62,888 nt of DNA, taken from the NCBI GenBank assembly GCA_030535475.1, contig JAUNRT010000003.1:1-62888 (forward strand). The letters run 5' to 3'. The position numbers and the translations under genes are program-made. A model generated the notes under the pieces. That model had not been told where the DNA came from. It saw nothing but the letters and a program-made list of their open reading frames with translations, and did no database searches. Positions 8,747 to 19,234 of the stretch are shown piece by piece. This DNA is from Weeksellaceae bacterium (GTDB taxonomy: Bacteria; Bacteroidota; Bacteroidia; Flavobacteriales; Weeksellaceae). Each line of letters opens with the position of its first letter. The first letter of the stretch is position 1.

Positions 8747-11641
8747 TTATTTCAATTTTTTCTTCACTTCTTTTACTTCATAAGCCTCTATGAGGTCACC
8801 TACTTGTATGTCATTGAATCCTTTGATGTTGAGACCGCATTCATATCCTTTGCTTACTTCTTTCACATCATCTTTGAATCTCTTGAGACTGGCAAGTTCG
8901 CCTTCGTGTACTACTACACCATCGCGTATGATGCGCACCTTAGAGTTTCTATAGACTTTGCCGTCTAGTACCATACATCCTGCAATAGTACCAACACGTG
9001 TGATTTTGAAAGTTTCGCGTATTTCAACATTTCCGGTAACTTCTTCACGCATTTCTGGTGATAGCATCCCTTCCATCGCTTCTTTGACATCGTTAATGGC
9101 GTCGTAGATGATAGAATATGTACGGATTTCTACTTCTTCTTTGTCGGCAATGTTTCTTGCAGTTGCATTTGGACGTACGTTGAAACCAATAATTATGGCT
9201 TCTGAAGCCGTAGCCAATAGAACGTCAGATTCTGTGACAGGACCCACACCTCTGTGCAGTATGTTTACATGAATCTCATCTGTAGAGAGTTTTTGTAGAG
9301 AGTCTGTCAATGCTTCTACAGAACCATCCACGTCACCTTTGAGTATGATATTGAGCTCTTTGTAGTCACCAATGGCAATACGTCTTCCAATCTCGTCAAG
9401 GGTAAGTTGTTTTTGTGTACGTACAGATTGCTCTCTCTGTAATTGTGATCTTTTGGTAGCCAATTGCTTAGCTTCACGTTCATCTGTAAACACACGGAAT
9501 TTGTCACCCGCAGTAGGCGCTCCGTCAAGTCCAAGAATAGTAACCGGAGTTGATGGACCGGCTTTTTTCATGTTTTTACCGCGCTCATCTAGCATGGCTT
9601 TGATTTTACCGTGGTTGCTACCTGCCAATACATAGTCGCCAATGGCGAGTGTACCATTTTGTACGATGATCGTAGATACATATCCACGTCCTTTGTCTAG
9701 AGTAGCTTCTATGATAGTACCAGATGCTTCTCTATCTGGATTGGCTTTAAGGTCGAGCATTTCTGCTTCTAGTAAGACTTTTTCTAGAAGTTCTTGTACG
9801 TTCATACCCGTTTTGGCAGAAATATCTTGCGATTGAATGCTACCACCCCAATCTTCAACAAGGAGGTTCATACCTGCTAGTTGTTCTTTTACCTTTTCCG
9901 GATTGGCTGTAGGTTTATCCACCTTGTTGATGGCAAAAATCATTGGAACACCTGCAGCTTGTGCGTGTGCAATGGCTTCGCGTGTTTGCGGCATTACTTG
10001 GTCATCTGCAGCAATAACTATGATAGCTATGTCTGTAACCTTAGCACCTCTGGCACGCATAGCAGTAAAGGCTTCGTGACCCGGAGTGTCTAGGAATGTA
10101 ATATGCTCACCATTTTGCAATTCAACGCTGTATGCGCCAATATGCTGGGTGATACCACCTGATTCACCAGCAATAACGTTGGCTTCACGAATGTGGTCTA
10201 GTAAGGATGTTTTACCATGGTCAACGTGACCCATTACGGTAACAATTGGAGCTCTTTTGATGAGATCCTCATCCTTGTCTTCTTGAACGTCTGCAACTGC
10301 TTCTTCTATTTCAGCATCTGCATATTCTGTTTCATATCCAAATTCATCTGCAACAAGGTCTATGGTCTGCGAGTCAAGACGTTGGTTCATAGTTACCATA
10401 ACACCTATAGACATACAGGTAGAGATCACGTCCATTACAGACACGTTCATCATGGTTGCCAACTCGTTTACCGTTACAAACTCTGAAACGTGTAGAGTTT
10501 TGTCCTGTTCTTGTTGTTGGATTTCAAACTCCTCTTGTTCACGACGGGATTGACGTTTTTCGCGACGATATTTAGCACCTTTAGAACCTTTACCTTTGGT
10601 GGTAAGCTTCTCAAGCGTTTCCTTGATTTGCTTTTGTACTTCCTCATCGGTAAGCTCTGCAACATCTTTGGATTTAGGTCTTTGTCGTCTATTTTGACCT
10701 TGAGGTCCGGCTTTTCTGTCGTCGAGTTTTACATTTTTGACAATGCGCTTTCTCTTCTTCTTTTCTCCAGCATTGGCGTCTGTTTTGATAGCCTTTTCAC
10801 GTTTTGGTTTTTCAAATTGTGAAAGGTCTATTTTACCAACTTGAGTGATACCGTCAAGTTTTTTGTACTGGGTTTTTATGGTTTCGTCCTCCTTCTTTTC
10901 TGCAGTGTCTGCGGCAGGAGTGGCTTGTTGCTTTGCAGCTACAGCAGGTTCTTTCTCTGCTGGTTTTACCGGATCGGTTTTTTCTGTTTTGGCTGCCGGA
11001 GTAGCTTGTTGCGGTTTAGCCGGCTCTGGTTTTTTGCGTTTATCACTTCTTGAAGGCAATTCTATCTTGCCAACTTCTTTGATTCCGGACAATTTTTTTC
11101 TACCTCCGATGAGGTTGTCGTCTTCAGCTTCATCTTTCGGCTCTTCTTTGGTGGCTTGCGCTTTTTCTTGCTCAGCCTTTTCCGCTGCAATACGTGCTAC
11201 TTCCTCTGCTTCTTTTCTCTTTTTCTCCTCTTCCTCTTGCTGAATACGCGCAGCCTCTCTATCCTTTTCTTCTTGAAGAAGTCTTTGAGCCTCTTTTTCT
11301 TGGGCTTCTTTCTCTTCCTGCTCTTTGAGCAATTGTTGTTCAGCCTGTTTTTGTTGCAAATCCTGCTCTCTTTTCAAGCGTTCTTCTTCTCGGCGCTTTT
11401 CTTCTTCTCTTTTTTCCTTGAAGTCATCAGCGTATTTATTGATTACAACTTCTTTAGAAGATTCACGGCGCTCGCGGTCGGCATGAAATTCTTTGGCCAT
11501 AATTTCATACACGCTTTCATCCAACTTCGCATTAGGGGATACAGTGAGCTGCACTTCGTTTTTGTTTAAAAACTCAGCGGCTCTTTCCATGCTAATGTTG
11601 AATTCTTTGAGAACTTGTCCTAATCTATAGGTTTTGGCCAT
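8747..11641 (-). CDS. infB: Translation initiation factor IF-2
   Basis: GTPase core [24 protein letters not shown] and NKVD, preceded by the long E/K-rich N-terminal region typical of Bacteroidota IF-2. Confidence 0.97.
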   Translation of the reverse strand: MAKTYRLGQVLKEFNISMERAAEFLNKNEVQLTVSPNAKLDESVYEIMAKEFHADRERRESSKEVVINKYADDFKEKREEEKRREEERLKREQDLQQKQAEQQLLKEQEEKEAQEKEAQRLLQEEKDREAARIQQEEEEKKRKEAEEVARIAAEKAEQEKAQATKEEPKDEAEDDNLIGGRKKLSGIKEVGKIELPSRSDKRKKPEPAKPQQATPAAKTEKTDPVKPAEKEPAVAAKQQATPAADTAEKKEDETIKTQYKKLDGITQVGKIDLSQFEKPKREKAIKTDANAGEKKKRKRIVKNVKLDDRKAGPQGQNRRQRPKSKDVAELTDEEVQKQIKETLEKLTTKGKGSKGAKYRREKRQSRREQEEFEIQQQEQDKTLHVSEFVTVNELATMMNVSVMDVISTCMSIGVMVTMNQRLDSQTIDLVADEFGYETEYADAEIEEAVADVQEDKDEDLIKRAPIVTVMGHVDHGKTSLLDHIREANVIAGESGGITQHIGAYSVELQNGEHITFLDTPGHEAFTAMRARGAKVTDIAIIVIAADDQVMPQTREAIAHAQAAGVPMIFAINKVDKPTANPEKVKEQLAGMNLLVEDWGGSIQSQDISAKTGMNVQELLEKVLLEAEMLDLKANPDREASGTIIEATLDKGRGYVSTIIVQNGTLAIGDYVLAGSNHGKIKAMLDERGKNMKKAGPSTPVTILGLDGAPTAGDKFRVFTDEREAKQLATKRSQLQREQSVRTQKQLTLDEIGRRIAIGDYKELNIILKGDVDGSVEALTDSLQKLSTDEIHVNILHRGVGPVTESDVLLATASEAIIIGFNVRPNATARNIADKEEVEIRTYSIIYDAINDVKEAMEGMLSPEMREEVTGNVEIRETFKITRVGTIAGCMVLDGKVYRNSKVRIIRDGVVVHEGELASLKRFKDDVKEVSKGYECGLNIKGFNDIQVGDLIEAYEVKEVKKKLK

Positions 11642-11725
11642 ATAATGTAGTTATTCTAATTTGTCGGCGTGCAAAGTTACAAAACTTTATGCACAATGCC
11701 TTATTTTATAGTTTGTAGTGTAATA

Positions 11726-12964
11726 TCAGTCTTCAAACTCTCTGTTGAGCACTTCAAACACATCATCGATGGTTTCAAGGTCAAGGTCGGTTCGTTTTGC
11801 TAGGTCTTCTTTATCTTGTTCAAGGATACTTTTTGCAGTGTCAAGGCCAATAGCTTTGAAAGTGTCTATCACCCAATCAGCGATTTCATTGGCAAATTCT
11901 TCAAGAAGTACATCCTCATCATGCGGTATATCACGGAATATGTCTATTTCCATGCCTACCAATTGGCTTGCAAGTCGTACGTTGTATCCGTTTTTACCGA
12001 TGGCTTTTGATACTTCATCCGGATGCACAAATACAGATGCTTGATTTTTTTCAGGGTGAATCTCGATGCGGTTGATTTGAGCCGGGCTCAATGCACGTTG
12101 AATCATTAGGGTTTCATTGTTGGTATAATTGATCACATCAATGTTTTCATTGCGAAGTTCACGTACAATACTGTGGATTCTAGAACCTCTCATACCTACA
12201 CACGCGCCTACCGGATCTATTCTATCATCATATGATTCTACGGTAACTTTTGCTTTTTCACCAGGGATTCTTACAACTTTTTTGATGGTGATAAGACCGT
12301 CAAAGATTTCAGGAATCTCTTGTTCGAAGAGTTTTTCAAGGAACATAGGTGAAGATCTGGAAAGCATAATCTGCGGTTTGCTACCTTTTAGATTTACCTC
12401 ATGCACTACCGCACGTATGGTTTCACCTTTTTTATAGAAATCTGCGGGGATTTGCTGATCTTTGAGCAAGAGCATTTCATTTTGCTCATCATCAAGGATA
12501 ATCACGTGGCGATTTTTGCGTATATGGTGTATTTCTCCATTTACGATTTCACCTTCAAGGTCCTTGAATTTCTCATACATATTTGCATTATCATACTCGG
12601 TGATTTTGGACATGAGGTTTTGACGTAGAGACAAAACGGCTCTTCTACCCAAGTCTGCAATAGCGATCTCTTCGATGACCTCTTCACCGATTTCAAAATC
12701 TTCTTCGATTTTACGTGCGTCTGACAGTGAAATTTCAGCACCTTCATTTTCTACCATACCATCTTCTACAACAATTCTGTTGTGGAATATTTGAAAATCG
12801 CCTTTATCAGGATTCACGATGATATCAAAATGTTCGTCAGAGCCGTATTTTTTGCGTAAGACAATTTTCAGTGCCTCCTCCAAAATAGCCATCAGAGTGG
12901 TTCTATCTATATTTTTTTCTTCTTTGAAGTCGCCAAAAGACTCAATAAGCGCTTGATTGTCCAT
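11726..12964 (-). CDS. nusA: Transcription termination/antitermination factor NusA
   Basis: S1 and KH domain sequence (e.g. DPVGACVGMRGSRI), with conserved rimP-nusA-infB gene order. Confidence 0.95.
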   Translation of the reverse strand: MDNQALIESFGDFKEEKNIDRTTLMAILEEALKIVLRKKYGSDEHFDIIVNPDKGDFQIFHNRIVVEDGMVENEGAEISLSDARKIEEDFEIGEEVIEEIAIADLGRRAVLSLRQNLMSKITEYDNANMYEKFKDLEGEIVNGEIHHIRKNRHVIILDDEQNEMLLLKDQQIPADFYKKGETIRAVVHEVNLKGSKPQIMLSRSSPMFLEKLFEQEIPEIFDGLITIKKVVRIPGEKAKVTVESYDDRIDPVGACVGMRGSRIHSIVRELRNENIDVINYTNNETLMIQRALSPAQINRIEIHPEKNQASVFVHPDEVSKAIGKNGYNVRLASQLVGMEIDIFRDIPHDEDVLLEEFANEIADWVIDTFKAIGLDTAKSILEQDKEDLAKRTDLDLETIDDVFEVLNREFED

Positions 12965-12975
12965 AAGTCAAGTTT

Positions 12976-13437
12976 TTATATATCAATTTGTATGATTGCT
13001 TTTTTAATATCTGTGTAAGGAATTTCCTTAATTTTTTCTACTGTATGTTTTCCTTTGCCTACTGGTTTTGGCTCGCGCACTTCCCAACGAATTGTCACAG
13101 CCTCTTCAGTAGCAGCAGTGATTTCACCTTTGAATTCTTCATTTTCCGGAGTAAGAATTTTGATGATTCTGCCAATGTTTTTTCTATATTGTCTAGGAGT
13201 GCTAAGCGGTGTGCTGACACCAGGTGATGACACAGTGAGTTCAAAGTCATGCTCATCGCGGTCTATGTTATGCTCAATGTGTCGGCTTATGCGCACTATC
13301 TCTTCCAAGGCTAATCCATGGTCGCCATCTACATGGACTTGGATTTTGTTGTCTTCTGTAATTTTCCAATCCACCAAAAACAAGTCTGGATTGGCGTCCA
13401 CAGCTTCGTGCAATAATTTTTCTACTATCTCTTTCAT
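12976..13437 (-). CDS. rimP: Ribosome maturation factor RimP
   Basis: 153 aa, directly upstream of nusA, with RimP-like sequence (LEVSSPG-type motif, here LTVSSPGV). Confidence 0.85.
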   Translation of the reverse strand: MKEIVEKLLHEAVDANPDLFLVDWKITEDNKIQVHVDGDHGLALEEIVRISRHIEHNIDRDEHDFELTVSSPGVSTPLSTPRQYRKNIGRIIKILTPENEEFKGEITAATEEAVTIRWEVREPKPVGKGKHTVEKIKEIPYTDIKKAIIQIDI

Positions 13438-13457
13438 TTGTAATATATGCCAAACAA

Positions 13458-13487
13458 AAAAAGAGCCTTTACGAGCTCTTTTTTAAG
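13458..13487 (-). terminator. Probable intrinsic terminator downstream of nth
   Basis: On the minus strand, AAGAGC-loop-GCTCTT is followed by a T run. Confidence 0.5.
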
Positions 13488-13574
13488 TTCCCCTAAAAAA
13501 TTCGATGCAAATATACGTATTTTTATTGATTTTGACAAAACAGTAGGGCTTAGCAGGTAAGCATCAATGATTTA

Positions 13575-14219
13575 CTACTGCATGCTTCTCAAAAAACTTT
13601 GTCTGCCAATTGTAGTTGTGATGATGTCTTTTTCTGCTCGCCAACCCCGTGCAGGTGAGTATTCTCTGCCATACCAAATGATCTGTAAGTGCAATTTATT
13701 CCACAACTCTTTTGGGAACAATCTTTTGGCATCTTTTTCGGTTTGCACTACGTTTTTGCCATTGCTTAGATTCCAACGCCACATAAGCCTGTGAATGTGG
13801 GTATCTACCGGGAAAGCCGGAATGTCAAAGGCTTGTGCCATAACCACTGATGCTGTTTTGTGACCCACGCCGGCCAATTGCTCCAAATCTTGAAAATTGT
13901 TGGGTACAATACCATCGTGTTTCTCCAACAATTGCCCGGCCATAATATGCAGGTTTTTTGCTTTAGAATTTGTGAGACCTATCCCTTGAATGAGTTGTTT
14001 GATTTTAGGCTCGCCAATTTGGTGCATGGCGTAAGGATTGGGTGCTTCTGCAAACAATCTAGGCGTGATTTCGTTGACCTTCTTATCCGTGGTTTGTGCA
14101 GAGAGGGCAACGGCTACCAGTAGAGTATAAGGGTCTTTGTGGTCTAGAGCTATGGGAGGATTGGGATAGAGTTCCTCTAAAGTATTTATGATAAATTGGA
14201 TTTTCTCTGTTTTTTTCAT
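13575..14219 (-). CDS. nth: Endonuclease III-like HhH-GPD base-excision glycosylase
   Basis: Contains the HhH motif LEQLAGVGHKTASVVM and a VDTH catalytic-Asp region. The C-terminus lacks the usual four-Cys Fe-S cluster. Confidence 0.8.
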   Translation of the reverse strand: MKKTEKIQFIINTLEELYPNPPIALDHKDPYTLLVAVALSAQTTDKKVNEITPRLFAEAPNPYAMHQIGEPKIKQLIQGIGLTNSKAKNLHIMAGQLLEKHDGIVPNNFQDLEQLAGVGHKTASVVMAQAFDIPAFPVDTHIHRLMWRWNLSNGKNVVQTEKDAKRLFPKELWNKLHLQIIWYGREYSPARGWRAEKDIITTTIGRQSFLRSMQ

Positions 14220-14740
14220 GATCCGGATTCAAAAAGCGCTTTGAGCTCTGTGGCATCTTCCGGTTTCATTCTTTTGCTCAAAACTAGGCTGAGTTGTCTT
14301 CTTCTGAGCGCAGCATCAAAACGTTGTTGTTCTAGTTCAGAGATTGGTTTGATTTCCGGCACCTCTATAGGTTTACCGCTTTCATCCACTGCCACAAAAG
14401 TGTAAATGCCCTCATTGGTTTTGAGTATCTCACCAGTTGTAGGCTCTTCCCACCATGTGTCTGCAATAATCTCCATGCTACTACGGAAAGCGCGCGTAAC
14501 TTTTGCTTCTATCTTCACAATACTTCCCACCGGGATTGGGTGTTGAAAACTTACCTGATTCACACTCGCAGTCACCACGCGATGCGTTTCGGCATGTCTT
14601 CTGGCCGCAATGGAGCAGGCTTTGTCCATTCTAGAGAGCAATTCACCTCCAAACATATTGTCTAGATAATTAGTTTCACTGGGTAAAACTATATTGGTCA
14701 TGATGGTAAGTGAGTCGTTAGGTGTTTTGATTTTGTCCAT
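14216..14740 (-). CDS. Acyl-CoA thioesterase (hotdog fold)
   Basis: LPSETNYLDNMFGGELLSRMDKA..VVTASV is typical of the BFIT/BACH thioesterase family. The ATG at 14740 is preferred. Confidence 0.8.
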   Translation of the reverse strand: MDKIKTPNDSLTIMTNIVLPSETNYLDNMFGGELLSRMDKACSIAARRHAETHRVVTASVNQVSFQHPIPVGSIVKIEAKVTRAFRSSMEIIADTWWEEPTTGEILKTNEGIYTFVAVDESGKPIEVPEIKPISELEQQRFDAALRRRQLSLVLSKRMKPEDATELKALFESGS

Positions 14741-14872
14741 TTGTATATTGTGAATTTGAGGGCAAATTTCGGCTTTTTGGATCAAATGAGCGTACAATTA
14801 AGGATATATTTGGGTAAAACTTTTGTAGCCTGCAAGACGGAAAACATTTGAATAATAAAAGATGCATTTAAT

Positions 14873-14904
14873 AAAAAAGCCGCCTCAAATTTGAGACGGC
14901 TTTT
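14873..14904 (-). terminator. Intrinsic terminator downstream of fumC
   Basis: The GCCGcCTCAAATTTGAGaCGGC hairpin is followed by a U run on the minus strand. Confidence 0.7.
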
Positions 14905-14927
14905 ATAATAACGAGTGTTTTTCAGTC

Positions 14928-16313
14928 TTAAATCATGTCTTCCGGGCGCACCCATTGATCAAACTCTTCAGCTGTTACGTAGCCTAGATTTACGGCTTCT
15001 TCTTTGAGAGTAGTGCCGTTTTGATGTGCGGTTTGTGCAATTTCGGCAGCTTTGTAGTAGCCAATCTTGGTGTTGAGCGCAGTAACCAACATGAGTGAGT
15101 TGTCTAGCAACTCCTTGATTCTACTGTGATTAGGCTCTATACCATCCACGCAATGCTCTTTGAATGACAAGCAAGCATCGGCCAATAGCTGAGCGCTTTG
15201 CAGCAAGTTGTAGGCAATCACAGGTTTGAAAACATTGAGCTCAAAGTGCCCTTGAGTGCCTGCAATGGATACAGTAACGTCATTGCCCATCACTTGAGCG
15301 CAAACCATTGTCACAGCCTCTGATTGAGTAGGGTTTACCTTACCCGGCATGATAGAAGATCCTGGCTCATTGCTGGGAATGATGATTTCGCCAATGCCAG
15401 AGCGTGGTCCGCTTGCAAGTAGGCGAATGTCATTGGCAATTTTGTTGAGTGCCACTGCCAGTTGCTTGAGCGCACCGTGAGTTTCTACCATGGCATCATG
15501 AGCGGCCAAGGCTTCAAATTTGTTTTTGGCTGTGATGAATGGCAAGCCTGTAAACTCTGCAATATATTCTGCAACTTTCACATCATAGCCCTCCGGAGTG
15601 TTGAGTCCTGTGCCTACTGCTGTGCCGCCCAGTGCTACTTCAGACAAGTGTGCTAGCGTATTTTTGATAGCCTTGATAGCATAGTGTAGCTGTGCTGCAT
15701 AGCCAGAAAATTCTTGCCCTAGCGTGAGCGGCGTGGCATCCATGAGGTGTGTGCGACCTATTTTCACCACATCTTTGAATTCCTCTGATTTTTCTTGCAG
15801 AGACTTATGGAGTTTTTCCACAGCGGGCAAGGTGGTTTCCACCACTTTTTTGTAAGAAGCGATGTGCATGCCAGTAGGGAAAGTGTCGTTGCTAGACTGT
15901 GATTTGTTTACATCATCATTGGGTGCAAGCGTTTTCTCGCCTTCACCAATTTTTTTGCCGGCCAATTGATGCGCACGATTGGCTATGACCTCGTTCACAT
16001 TCATATTAGACTGCGTGCCAGAGCCCGTTTGCCAGATAACAAGAGGAAATTGATCGTCCAATTTGCCTTCCAAAATCTCATCACACACCTGTGCTATAGC
16101 ATCTCTCTTTTCTTGAGATAGTGCTCCAAGGTCATGATTGGCATAAGCAGCTGCTTTCTTCAAATAGGCAAATCCATAGACTATTTCTAGAGGCATGGAA
16201 GCCTCTGGGCCTATTTTGAAATTGTTTCTAGAGCGTTCAGTTTGTGCGCCCCAAATTTTATCGGCAGGTACTTTTACTTCGCCAAGGGTATCTTTCTCTA
16301 TGCGGAATTCCAT
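14928..16313 (-). CDS. fumC: Class II fumarate hydratase
   Basis: Carries the [16 protein letters not shown] signature; full length is 461 aa. Confidence 0.97.
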   Translation of the reverse strand: MEFRIEKDTLGEVKVPADKIWGAQTERSRNNFKIGPEASMPLEIVYGFAYLKKAAAYANHDLGALSQEKRDAIAQVCDEILEGKLDDQFPLVIWQTGSGTQSNMNVNEVIANRAHQLAGKKIGEGEKTLAPNDDVNKSQSSNDTFPTGMHIASYKKVVETTLPAVEKLHKSLQEKSEEFKDVVKIGRTHLMDATPLTLGQEFSGYAAQLHYAIKAIKNTLAHLSEVALGGTAVGTGLNTPEGYDVKVAEYIAEFTGLPFITAKNKFEALAAHDAMVETHGALKQLAVALNKIANDIRLLASGPRSGIGEIIIPSNEPGSSIMPGKVNPTQSEAVTMVCAQVMGNDVTVSIAGTQGHFELNVFKPVIAYNLLQSAQLLADACLSFKEHCVDGIEPNHSRIKELLDNSLMLVTALNTKIGYYKAAEIAQTAHQNGTTLKEEAVNLGYVTAEEFDQWVRPEDMI

Positions 16314-16491
16314 AAAAAATAAATTTTTCTAAAAATGCAGTGAAAGGTACTGAATTTTAACAGAATCATTTGTGTGACATTCATCATAGGGCTGCAATTG
16401 GTGGCGCAAGGTGGTGCAGGCAATAGAGGTCTTCTTGGTATGACTAGAGAAGTGGTAATTTTTCTTGTGGGGTAATATTTTTTATTTTTTT

Positions 16492-17262
16492 TTAGGAGCT
16501 ATTTCCGGCTGCCCGCTATTATCTTGCGCATATCCAGCCACAGCCATCGGTGTCGCGGCTGCCTCCACTATCGTTGCGGCCACCGCCACACCAGATTGCT
16601 GTAGGGCTGTCTATTTTGCAAGGATAGCCGCTCGCATCCGGGCTAGGCCAGCCCGCAAGGCCAATTTCCGCAAATACTAATAGACATTTCAATGCACCTA
16701 CAAAAGTTGCGCTGCTTGTACAGACGTTGCATTGCAACGTCTCAACCGAATGTACAGAGGTTGCATTGCAACATCTTTACAATCCATGCCATAAACGATC
16801 ACTAAGAACACACGGTAACAGACGGTTTTGTGTGCCAAGAAACGGTAGAAAAACAATTAAAATTGCCTTTGTACAAAAAACATCTAGAATTGACCAAAAT
16901 AGAAAAATCCAAATTTTATAAGCGAAGCAAAACGGCCCTTGCTGCGGGCCGCGGCAGGTGGGAGGCGGTTACCCCGCAAGGGATTTTGGCTCTTACAAAA
17001 AAGCTGCAAAGCGGGTTGAGAGATTATGGAAAACCGATTTTGCAGCATTTTTTGTAGCCAAAAGACCGCGGAGTAATAGCCGTACACCGACCCTTTTCTG
17101 GGCATTTTTATGTGTATTGATAGGAAATACTTGCGGATTTGTTTTCAAAAATCCAAATGACAAAACACTACCGAATTTTGCCCAGAAAAGGGTGCCGCCC
17201 AAATAAGAAAAATAAGAAATCTGATGAACTTGTTGTTTAGACTCATCTTATCAGAGCCTGAC
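16492..17262 (+). repeat. Structured two-module repeat element, copy E2 (B end at left, A end at right)
   Basis: B-module is 16492-16675. Two tandem palindromes lie at 16722-16742 and 16756-16776. A central unit follows, then the A-module at 16949-17203. A further 60 bp or so to 17262 is shared with E1 only. Confidence 0.9.
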
Positions 17263-17376
17263 TCTGCCCAAATTTCCAGTTTTCAATCAAAAAAATTGTG
17301 AATAAGAATTTTTCTTAAAAATTTAAGAAAAAGCTTGTTTGTAAAGGATATTTCTATACTTTTAGCAAAAAAATTT

Positions 17377-18021
17377 ATGAAACATTTTGTATTTGTTGTG
17401 TTTTTCTTGGGAATGCTTGCTGGCGCGAGCGCAAAAAACTTTGTGAGAGCAGAAATTGATTACGTCAATGGCACAAGTGAGAGTGTGTATGTAGGTTTTC
17501 CTATAAGCGTTGATAGTAGAAAGATTTCTTTACGATCTTCTGAAAATGGTAAAATCACGAAGATAGACGCTGAAAATGTGCGCATGATTACGGTGAATTC
17601 TAATGACGGATTAGCGCATCTGATATATTCTAAGTATAAGTACTACTTAAGCAACATGAAAGAGAAAACATCCAAGTCTAAAGCTTGGTTTCTAAAATCT
17701 GGAGAGTGCGGTGATCTAAGCTTGTATTTAGATGCAACTGAGTATAGAATGAAAAAAAACTCGATGATGGCATATTTTGCCAGTCCGAATTCTCAAGCGT
17801 ATTACCTGCACCTGAAAAAGGCGTCAGAAGAGGAAGTCACACAAGTGGCCTTGAATAGAAGTGTTGGTCCTATGGTAGCTATTATGGCTAATAAATATTT
17901 CAGAGATTGCAGCAAGGAGTACTTTTCTGACAGGCCTGATTTGGTGGAAAAAATTGGGGCTAAGCACTATAACGGTGATGTGGTGCAGCTGATGAAGGAC
18001 TATTGTGGTATAGAAGAATAA
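17377..18021 (+). CDS. Hypothetical secreted protein
   Basis: Signal peptide MKHFVFVVFFLGMLAGASA; no family recognised. Confidence 0.6.
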   Translation: MKHFVFVVFFLGMLAGASAKNFVRAEIDYVNGTSESVYVGFPISVDSRKISLRSSENGKITKIDAENVRMITVNSNDGLAHLIYSKYKYYLSNMKEKTSKSKAWFLKSGECGDLSLYLDATEYRMKKNSMMAYFASPNSQAYYLHLKKASEEEVTQVALNRSVGPMVAIMANKYFRDCSKEYFSDRPDLVEKIGAKHYNGDVVQLMKDYCGIEE

Positions 18022-18159
18022 AACCTTTGAATAAACCGGTGGCTTTAGTACTTGTGATTGAAAAGTTCTTCAAAGCAGAATTATTTCACTGATTGTTGGA
18101 TTATTGTGGCAATGAGTGACGGGCTGTTGGTCTTGGATAGCACAAAAATATAGGATATA

Positions 18160-18193
18160 AAAAAAGAAAACCGTTCGTGAATGAACGGTTTTC
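18160..18193 (-). terminator. Intrinsic terminator downstream of the 18215-18937 gene
   Basis: The GAAAACCGTTC-gtgaat-GAACGGTTTTC hairpin is followed by U7 on the minus strand. Confidence 0.8.
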
Positions 18194-18214
18194 TTATAAT
18201 TAGTGTAGTTGAGT

Positions 18215-18937
18215 TTACACGTTTTCTTCACGGATGCTGTCTGATGGTCTGTCACCTTCTAGTCTTGTGTGATCATCGTGTCTTAGATGAGCGTCTGTAC
18301 GGTCACCTGCAAGGCGTTGATCGTCACGGCGGTTTTCATCAAAGAAATCTTGATTTTCACTGCCTCTTCTTGGATCTTCATGTCCTGCAAGGTTTTCTAC
18401 ATCATCTGTATAGTCAGTGGTGTACCATCTGTCATACATATAGCGTGCATCTTCTGACCCTCTAGGCTCGAATCCCATGTATATGCCACCGTCCTTGATT
18501 CTGTCTTTGTAGTACTTAGCCTCATCATCCGGCACTCCCATACCTGTAAGCGCTCCAATAAGACCTCCTGCAGCCGCACCTGCGCCTGCACCAGCTAGAC
18601 CTGCAGCTAGTGGACCAGCGATTACCAATCCCAATCCAGGGAAAATAACATTGCTACCAATTGCGGCTATTGCACCTACAACTGCTCCGATACCACCTCC
18701 AATGAGTGATCCTTTTCCAGCGTTTTCTGCAACCTTGTCTCCAAGATCTGACTTGTAAGAATCTTCACCGAAATAGGTGTCACGCGTTTTGTCTGACATC
18801 ATCACATTGATGTCTTCTCTGCTGTAACCTCTTTCTTCTAGATCTCTATATGCAGTCTCTGCACTTTCACGATCATCAAAGACTCTTGATACGAATCTTT
18901 CATTGTACTCTGGGGTGTAATTTCTACCGTATTCCAT
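18215..18937 (-). CDS. Glycine-zipper stress-type protein (hypothetical)
   Basis: The central G/A-rich glycine-zipper segment GSLIGGGIGAVVGAIAAIG...GLAGAGAGAAAGGLIGALTG is flanked by acidic regions. Confidence 0.65.
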   Translation of the reverse strand: MEYGRNYTPEYNERFVSRVFDDRESAETAYRDLEERGYSREDINVMMSDKTRDTYFGEDSYKSDLGDKVAENAGKGSLIGGGIGAVVGAIAAIGSNVIFPGLGLVIAGPLAAGLAGAGAGAAAGGLIGALTGMGVPDDEAKYYKDRIKDGGIYMGFEPRGSEDARYMYDRWYTTDYTDDVENLAGHEDPRRGSENQDFFDENRRDDQRLAGDRTDAHLRHDDHTRLEGDRPSDSIREENV

Positions 18938-19234
18938 TATTTCTAAAATTTTTATTGTTTAATGATAAATTGACAAGAAGCATGCCTTTGTACTGACAAA
19001 AATCATTTATTTGGCATTTTAACCTAACTTTATAAGATCAAAAATAGGTTTGTTAAAATGCAAATATTAACCCCAAAACTCATTGCAAATGATTGATAGT
19101 GCAATTCTTGCGGGTATGATTATACCTTTGATATTTTTAGAAGGGATATTAAAGTGTTAAATAAATCTACAAGTTTGTAGAATTCTAATTATACAGCAAA
19201 ACAAGGTAGAAATTATATCAACTTGCTAGAAAGC

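Noticed and set aside
10650-11450. Repetitive E/K/A-rich stretch that produces many small ORFs on the plus strand
   Set aside because: This is the low-complexity N-terminal region of IF-2 (coding, minus strand), not a repeat element. The plus-strand ORFs are shadows.
16492-16675. B-module as RNase P RNA or a cobalamin riboswitch (CCGGGCTAGGCC; a GCCACTG string in the 35684 copy)
   Set aside because: It is present in six or more copies, which is inconsistent with a single-copy housekeeping RNA. The universally conserved RNase P blocks (GAGGAAAGTCCGGGC) and the wider B12 consensus are absent. The copies are not positioned upstream of relevant genes.
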